Made by a program: the position numbers and the translations under genes. Shown piece by piece: positions 58,904 through 64,000 of a DNA stretch of 64,000 nucleotides. Below the pieces are notes generated by a model. The model did not search any database. It had not been told where the DNA came from and saw nothing but the letters and a program-made list of their open reading frames with translations. The DNA lies in contig OZ242318.1 of NCBI GenBank assembly GCA_965208105.1, positions 2,176,001-2,240,000 on the forward strand, in the 5' to 3' direction. Positions within the stretch are counted from its first letter, which is position 1. Each line of letters opens with the position of its first letter. Source of the stretch: Candidatus Latescibacterota bacterium (GTDB lineage: Bacteria > Latescibacterota > UBA2968 > UBA8231).

Positions 58904-59404
58904 TCAGCTCCGCCCGCCGGCGCTGCGCCGCAGCTGCGCCGCGGCCTGGAGGATCATCAGAACTACGCCGGCGACGAGAAGGGACTTCAAGGTCACGGGT
59001 AGGGGCAGGTTGGAAGCGGTTCCGGTGCGCTCCACCACGGCGATGGCCTTGCCGGCCTGAAGCGCCGCCCCGTATCCAAGGGCGGCCAGGAAATAGATGG
59101 TGAGGACCAGGTTTACCACGTTCAGCCGGCGGCGCACGGACTGCGGCAGGGAGTCGAGGACGAGGCTGATGCGAATGTGATCCTGGCGCTGCAGGGTGTA
59201 GGACCCGGCGATGATGAACGCCGACGCGGTCAGGGCGACGCTCATCTCGTGGACCCAGGTGGTGGGAGCGTTGAAGAAGTAGCGCAGCACAACCTCGTAG
59301 AAGGTGAGCGCCACGGCAACGAGAAAGACGAAACTCGTTTTCTCGCCGAGAACGCGGGTAGTGAGGTCCACCCAGCCATCCTGCGTTTCATTCCTCCCGG
59401 ACAT
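58904..59404 (-). CDS. dctQ: TRAP transporter small permease
   Basis: EVVLRYFFNAPTTWVHE, HIRIS; four TM helices. Confidence 0.9.
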   Translation of the reverse strand: MSGRNETQDGWVDLTTRVLGEKTSFVFLVAVALTFYEVVLRYFFNAPTTWVHEMSVALTASAFIIAGSYTLQRQDHIRISLVLDSLPQSVRRRLNVVNLVLTIYFLAALGYGAALQAGKAIAVVERTGTASNLPLPVTLKSLLVAGVVLMILQAAAQLRRSAGGRS

Positions 59405-59412
59405 GGCAGGGC

Positions 59413-60471
59413 CTACTCCATCAGACCGAGTTGTCTGAGATAGGCCAAGTGGGAGTCGTAGATGCGCTGGGCCATCTCGCTGCGCCTGGCGAAATCCTCG
59501 AGCACCGCGGCGGCCAAGAGGCGAAAGCGAAGGCGCTCCTTCTTGCTCCAGGTAACCAGTTCCGCCCCTTGCTCCATTGCCTCCTGCGCCGCCCTGGCGT
59601 CGGCCGCGGCCATCTGCTGGATCATCTCCCTGGCGAAGTCCCGCACCGCCATTTCCACGATGGCCTGAATGTCGGCCGGCAACTCGTTCCAGCGATCGGA
59701 GTTCACCGCCACATCCGCCATGGGCAGAGAGTGGAAGCCGGGATAGATCTGGTAGGGCGCGATCTTGTGGTAGCCCAGGTCGACGTTCATGCCCAGGGTA
59801 CCCCAGTCGGTCGCGTCGATGACCCCGCGATCGAGGGATGTGTAGACCTCACTGCCGGGAATATTGACCGGCGCCGCCCCGATCCGCTTGAAAATCTCCT
59901 GGTTGAGGCCCTCCGGAATGCGCAGCTTGACCCCCTTCAGGTCTTCGATGGACAGAAGCGGTTTCTTCGACGGGATCGACTCCATGCCGTGCCACGCAGA
60001 GCCGACGTAGTGGACGTTGAAGCGCCCGTAGAGTTCGCGCGCCAGTTCCCTGCCGCCTCCGTACTCGAACCACATCTGCATCTGGTATGCCGTCTCGTAG
60101 CCGCCGGGAAATTCCGACAGCATGGCGAAGCCGGGGTCCTTGCCGGCAAAGTAGCCGGGACCGCTCTGATGGCCGTCCAGGATTCCCGAGCCGACGGCGT
60201 CCAGGGTCTCGTTATAGGCCACCAGGGTGCCAACCGGCACGGGGTTGATCACCAGCCTTCCCCCGGTAAGCTTCCCGACATCGGTGCAAAACTCCTCGAA
60301 AACCCGGTGGTTGATCGACCCCGCCTGCCAGAGCGACTGCATGGTCCAGCGGTGATCCTGGGCGGTTGCGCGCTGACAGGCCCCGGCCGCGGCCAGGGTC
60401 AGGGCCAGACAGTATATCCAGCGGCGCTGCCGCGCCGGACCTGGCCTCGTTCGATCCCACTGCATGGGCAA
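59413..60471 (-). CDS. dctP: TRAP solute-binding protein
   Basis: DLKGVKLRIP, EVYTSLDRGVIDA, WNELPAD. Confidence 0.92.
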   Translation of the reverse strand: MPMQWDRTRPGPARQRRWIYCLALTLAAAGACQRATAQDHRWTMQSLWQAGSINHRVFEEFCTDVGKLTGGRLVINPVPVGTLVAYNETLDAVGSGILDGHQSGPGYFAGKDPGFAMLSEFPGGYETAYQMQMWFEYGGGRELARELYGRFNVHYVGSAWHGMESIPSKKPLLSIEDLKGVKLRIPEGLNQEIFKRIGAAPVNIPGSEVYTSLDRGVIDATDWGTLGMNVDLGYHKIAPYQIYPGFHSLPMADVAVNSDRWNELPADIQAIVEMAVRDFAREMIQQMAAADARAAQEAMEQGAELVTWSKKERLRFRLLAAAVLEDFARRSEMAQRIYDSHLAYLRQLGLME

Positions 60472-60591
60472 TACGCTCCTGGGTGATATTATTTCAGATT
60501 GAGAACCTTGTCCTGCACCCGGTAGTGGGGAGGATCCCGTCCATTGCCCGCGCGCCCGCGAATCCGGGGTGGAATTCCCCGGGCGAACCTT

Positions 60592-61587
60592 TCAGCTATC
60601 GCCCCTCGCATAGATTTCGGGATTGACGCACAGGGGCAGCTCCTCTCCCCGCAGACCGGCGAACAAATTGCGCGCGGCGGTCATGGCGACCTTCAACCTC
60701 GTTCCGTGGGTGTCTGTGCCCAGGTGCGGGCTGAAGACGACGTTATCCAGGGCCACGATGGGGTCGTCCATGGGAACGGGCTCCACTTCCAGCACGTCCA
60801 GCGCAGCCCCCAGGATCCCTCCCCCGGCAAGGGCCTGGTAGAGCGCCTTCTGGTCGACCACCGGTCCCCGGGAAGTGTTGACCAGGATGGCGTTCCTCTT
60901 CATGTGGCCGAGCTCTCCGGCGCCGATCAGATGCGTCGTCTCGGCGGTCAGGCGCACGTGGAGGCTCACGAAGTCCGACCGCTCGAGCAACGCGGGCAGG
61001 TTGTCGACCCACTCCAGTCCGAGCTCCTCTTCGAGGTCGTGCTTGCGCGTCCTGGAGTGGTAGAGAATCTTCATGTCGAAGCCGCGGGCGCGCCTGGCGA
61101 CCTCGGCGCCTATCTGCCCCAGACCCACTATCCCCAGGGTGCTTTCGTGGACCTCCTGGCCGACCAGGTGCATGGTCGCCAGGTCGTGCACCCACTTTCC
61201 GTCCCGCAGAAAGCGATCGACCTCGGGGATGCGCCGCGCTGCGGCCAGAAGCAGGGCCATGGCCATGTCCGCCGTTCCCTTGCTCGCCGCTCCGGGGGTG
61301 TTTCCGACGGCAATTCCCCTGCGCGTCGCCGTGGCCACATCGACGTTGTCGGTGCCGCTGCCGATTATGGACACGACCTTCAGATCGGGCGCGGACTCGA
61401 GCAGGGCGCCGCCCACCTTGTCGAAGACCTGGACCATGATGCCCTCCGCCTCCTTGCCCTCTTCCATCAGGATCTCAGGGGGAACCGGAGAGATCTCGGG
61501 CCAGTAGTCCATTACGGCGACTTCCGAGATGGCATCCAGCACCTCCTGCTGCAGGGGAGTGCTGACATAGACCCTGGGTTTGGACAC
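60592..61587 (-). CDS. D-2-hydroxyacid (glyoxylate/D-glycerate) dehydrogenase
   Basis: GIVGLGQIG, NTSRGPVVD, LDVLEVEP, SPHLG. Confidence 0.92.
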   Translation of the reverse strand: MSKPRVYVSTPLQQEVLDAISEVAVMDYWPEISPVPPEILMEEGKEAEGIMVQVFDKVGGALLESAPDLKVVSIIGSGTDNVDVATATRRGIAVGNTPGAASKGTADMAMALLLAAARRIPEVDRFLRDGKWVHDLATMHLVGQEVHESTLGIVGLGQIGAEVARRARGFDMKILYHSRTRKHDLEEELGLEWVDNLPALLERSDFVSLHVRLTAETTHLIGAGELGHMKRNAILVNTSRGPVVDQKALYQALAGGGILGAALDVLEVEPVPMDDPIVALDNVVFSPHLGTDTHGTRLKVAMTAARNLFAGLRGEELPLCVNPEIYARGDS

Positions 61588-61598
61588 GGGAGCTCCTT

Positions 61599-63155
61599 TC
61601 ATCCATTCGGCCGGCGGCCGTAGCGGGCGGGATCGGTGAAGCGCAGCGGCGAAAAGTATTCCTCGGGGTGGTAGTCGGGATCGCATGGTTTTCCGAGCAT
61701 GCGGCGGACCAGGGTCTCTCCGGCGTTGAAGGACACGGCCGAACCGGCTCCGGCGAACCCCCCGAGCATGTAGATGCCGTGCCCGTCCAGAAGGCCGACG
61801 AGGGGAAACTTGTCGGGGCTTTGCGCCGTGGTCCCGGTCCACTCCCGGGTCACCCGCATGGGCTCAGGGTCCCAGTGCTTCTCCATGGCGGCGGCGGCGT
61901 AGCGGGTGATGAAACGGGATGGCCTGGCTTTTCCTGCGAGTGACGGCGCGACCGGGGTATGGTCCGAGCCAAAAACGATGCCTCCGGAGGCAACCTTGAC
62001 GTACCAGCCCAGGTAGCCGCTGATGCCCACCCGGGGCGCCATGGAGGGCGGCCCCCCTTCGCCGTACATGCCCTGTTCCTTGTGGGGGCTGATGAGGTCC
62101 GGAAAGGGAGCCAGAAAATCCTTGAACAAGGTGGAAGTGTGGGACTCGGTGGCGTTCACGACGCACCGCGCCCTGATTGCTCCGCGGGAGGTGCGGACGA
62201 TGTAGTGTTCGCCGTCCCGCTGCACCGAATTCACCTCCGTGCGGGTGAAGAGCCTGACCTGCGGTTTCCGCAGGGCCGCCTCGAGGATGCCCCATACCCA
62301 CTTGGCTGGATGCCAGGTAGCGCTTGCCAGCGATTCGGCGCCGTCCAGCTCGGTGGCCGCCCCGCTGCGCCGGCGCACTTCCCCCGGAGCGCGGCGGACC
62401 CAGTCGGAGTGGCCCAGGCGGCTGCCCAGGGCCAGCGACGCTTCGAGCTTTTTGCTGGCCTGGCTATCGACGAAAAACACCCATCCCCTGCGGGCGTAGT
62501 CGCAGTCGATGCCTTCCTCCCTGATGGTCGCCTCGATGGACTCGTGGCTGGCCTGCACCGCACGGACGTAGACCGCCGCAAAGGACGCGGCCAGCTCGTC
62601 CCGGTCGGCAGCGCTCATATCCGGCCGCGTCGCCCTCAGGTACTCCAGCACCGGCTCGTAGACGTAGAATCCGTGATAGTTGCCGCCGGCCATCACCACT
62701 ATGCCGCCGTTGCGGCCCGCCGCCCCGTTGGCCGCTTCGCCGCGCTCGAGGACCACCAGGTCGTCCGACCCCTGCCTGGACCAATGATAGGCCACCGAGG
62801 CACCGCCGAATCCCGCGCCCACCACCACCACGTCCGCCGACTCCGGCAGAGAGGTCCCCGGTGCCCGCGCCCAGGGGTGGTTTTCAAGGGGATTTTCGGC
62901 GCTGAGCCAGTAGGGCGTGTGCGATATGTTCTCGTCGAGCTGGACCCACGCCATGGATTCGGGAATCTGCCGCCACATGGCGTCCACGGACCAGTAAAGC
63001 AGCTTGACCAGACGCAAAGGCATGGGATATTGCCCGAACCTCGTCTTCATGAGCTGCCGCGCGGAGCAGAGGTCGCGCCAGCGCAAGGCGGCCAGCAGAC
63101 TCAGAACTACCCGCAGCCTGGTGGTGAAAGTTGGACTGTGCTCTTGTCTCGTCAT
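61599..63155 (-). CDS. FAD-dependent amine oxidoreductase (DAO/PuuB-like)
   Basis: VVVGAGFGG, GAAGRNGG, WHPAK, WTG...DKFPLVG. Confidence 0.85.
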   Translation of the reverse strand: MTRQEHSPTFTTRLRVVLSLLAALRWRDLCSARQLMKTRFGQYPMPLRLVKLLYWSVDAMWRQIPESMAWVQLDENISHTPYWLSAENPLENHPWARAPGTSLPESADVVVVGAGFGGASVAYHWSRQGSDDLVVLERGEAANGAAGRNGGIVVMAGGNYHGFYVYEPVLEYLRATRPDMSAADRDELAASFAAVYVRAVQASHESIEATIREEGIDCDYARRGWVFFVDSQASKKLEASLALGSRLGHSDWVRRAPGEVRRRSGAATELDGAESLASATWHPAKWVWGILEAALRKPQVRLFTRTEVNSVQRDGEHYIVRTSRGAIRARCVVNATESHTSTLFKDFLAPFPDLISPHKEQGMYGEGGPPSMAPRVGISGYLGWYVKVASGGIVFGSDHTPVAPSLAGKARPSRFITRYAAAAMEKHWDPEPMRVTREWTGTTAQSPDKFPLVGLLDGHGIYMLGGFAGAGSAVSFNAGETLVRRMLGKPCDPDYHPEEYFSPLRFTDPARYGRRPNG

Positions 63156-63234
63156 AGGAGATTTCCAGGGGTCGGCAGGCTCCCGGGCCGGGACTGACTG
63201 GAAGAAACCGGCGGCGTGTTCCTGCGGCGGAACA

Positions 63235-64000
63235 TTAGACTACCGGGGTAGTCCAGGACTCTTCGTCGTGAACCTCCCAGTAGCGGCGCCGCAGCCGCGA
63301 GGTGACGGGCCCGGGCCGGCCGCTTCCCACCGTTCGTCCGTCAAGGGTGGTTACTGGCATGATGCCACCGGCCGTGCTGGTCAGGAAGATTTCGGCGGCG
63401 GAGCGCAGCACCTCGACGCCGAAGAGGTCCTCCCTCGCGGCGATTCCCAGCTCGGCCGCCAGTTCGAGTACGGTCCTCCGCGTGATCCCTTCCAGAACAC
63501 CGGAGGCAGGTGTCAAAAGGACGTCGTTGCAATAAGCGAAGATGTTGAACCCGGGCCCCTCGCTGATGTTGCCGTCGGCATCGGCGAGAACCACGGTCTG
63601 GCCGCCGCGCTGGTAGGCCTCGAAGAGACCACCCACCATATCCCCCCAATGGAAGTTCTTGACCCTCGGATCCACCGCGCGGCTGGGAATGCGGATGGTT
63701 TCCCTGCAGACCACCAGGTGGGCTCCGAGCTCCTGGTCCTCGGGCTTGAAGATCCAGACGAAGGGCGCGGCATAGGCGTAGAACCTGTTCTCCATCACCC
63801 TGGGGTCGCGCACGCCGGGCAGCGCCACTCCCCGGGTGAGAATCATTGCAACGTATGCATTTTCCAGCCCGGTGCGCAGGACACACCCCACCAGGATATC
63901 TTTCATCCCATCCCTGGAGAGGGAGGGCGACATGTGCAGGCTCTTCCAGCCGGCTTCGAAGCGGTCCAGGTGGTCCTCCAGGCGGAAGAACCTGCTGTTC
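63235..64000 (-). CDS. Fold-type IV PLP aminotransferase, (R)-amine transaminase-like; 5' end lies outside the window
   Basis: FFRLEDHLDRF, VKNFHWGD, EGPGFN, LEGITRRTV, STAGG. Confidence 0.88.
   Translation of the reverse strand, partial: NSRFFRLEDHLDRFEAGWKSLHMSPSLSRDGMKDILVGCVLRTGLENAYVAMILTRGVALPGVRDPRVMENRFYAYAAPFVWIFKPEDQELGAHLVVCRETIRIPSRAVDPRVKNFHWGDMVGGLFEAYQRGGQTVVLADADGNISEGPGFNIFAYCNDVLLTPASGVLEGITRRTVLELAAELGIAAREDLFGVEVLRSAAEIFLTSTAGGIMPVTTLDGRTVGSGRPGPVTSRLRRRYWEVHDEESWTTPVV

Overview
GC-rich bacterial chromosome segment. The FlgD-type sorting domain, the SWGxxK C-terminal tails and the gene content suggest Latescibacterota or a related FCB/PVC-type lineage (inference). Two housekeeping blocks are present: 1-20 kb (rpmI-rplT-pheST-zapB-zapA-rny-ymdB, xseAB, pgsA, nupC) and 42-55.7 kb (efp, gcvH, scpAB, rluB, cmk, rpsA, mutS, rlmB, lptD). 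A phnY/phnZ-like pair and a TRAP catabolic cluster follow. Between the housekeeping blocks, a roughly 22 kb degraded mobile island (about 20.1-41.9 kb) abuts the 3' end of tRNA-Lys(CTT); no integrase is visible. The island keeps a LexA-like repressor operon and one sigma-like gene. A divergent regulatory cassette derived from that sigma locus occurs three times. Each copy points left through a conserved CCGACG-N14-CCGGTA motif, twice into an uncharacterised TIM-barrel-like gene family, and right through an invariant 45-bp hairpin into secreted proteins with a C-terminal SWGxxK tail. A 2309-bp tandem duplication carries an identical 137-nt structured ncRNA candidate, a wHTH-like gene and FGE/C-type-lectin-fold genes whose binding-site codons are hypervariable. 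A covarying three-way-junction RNA motif also occurs twice. All calls come from reading the sequence; no searches were run.
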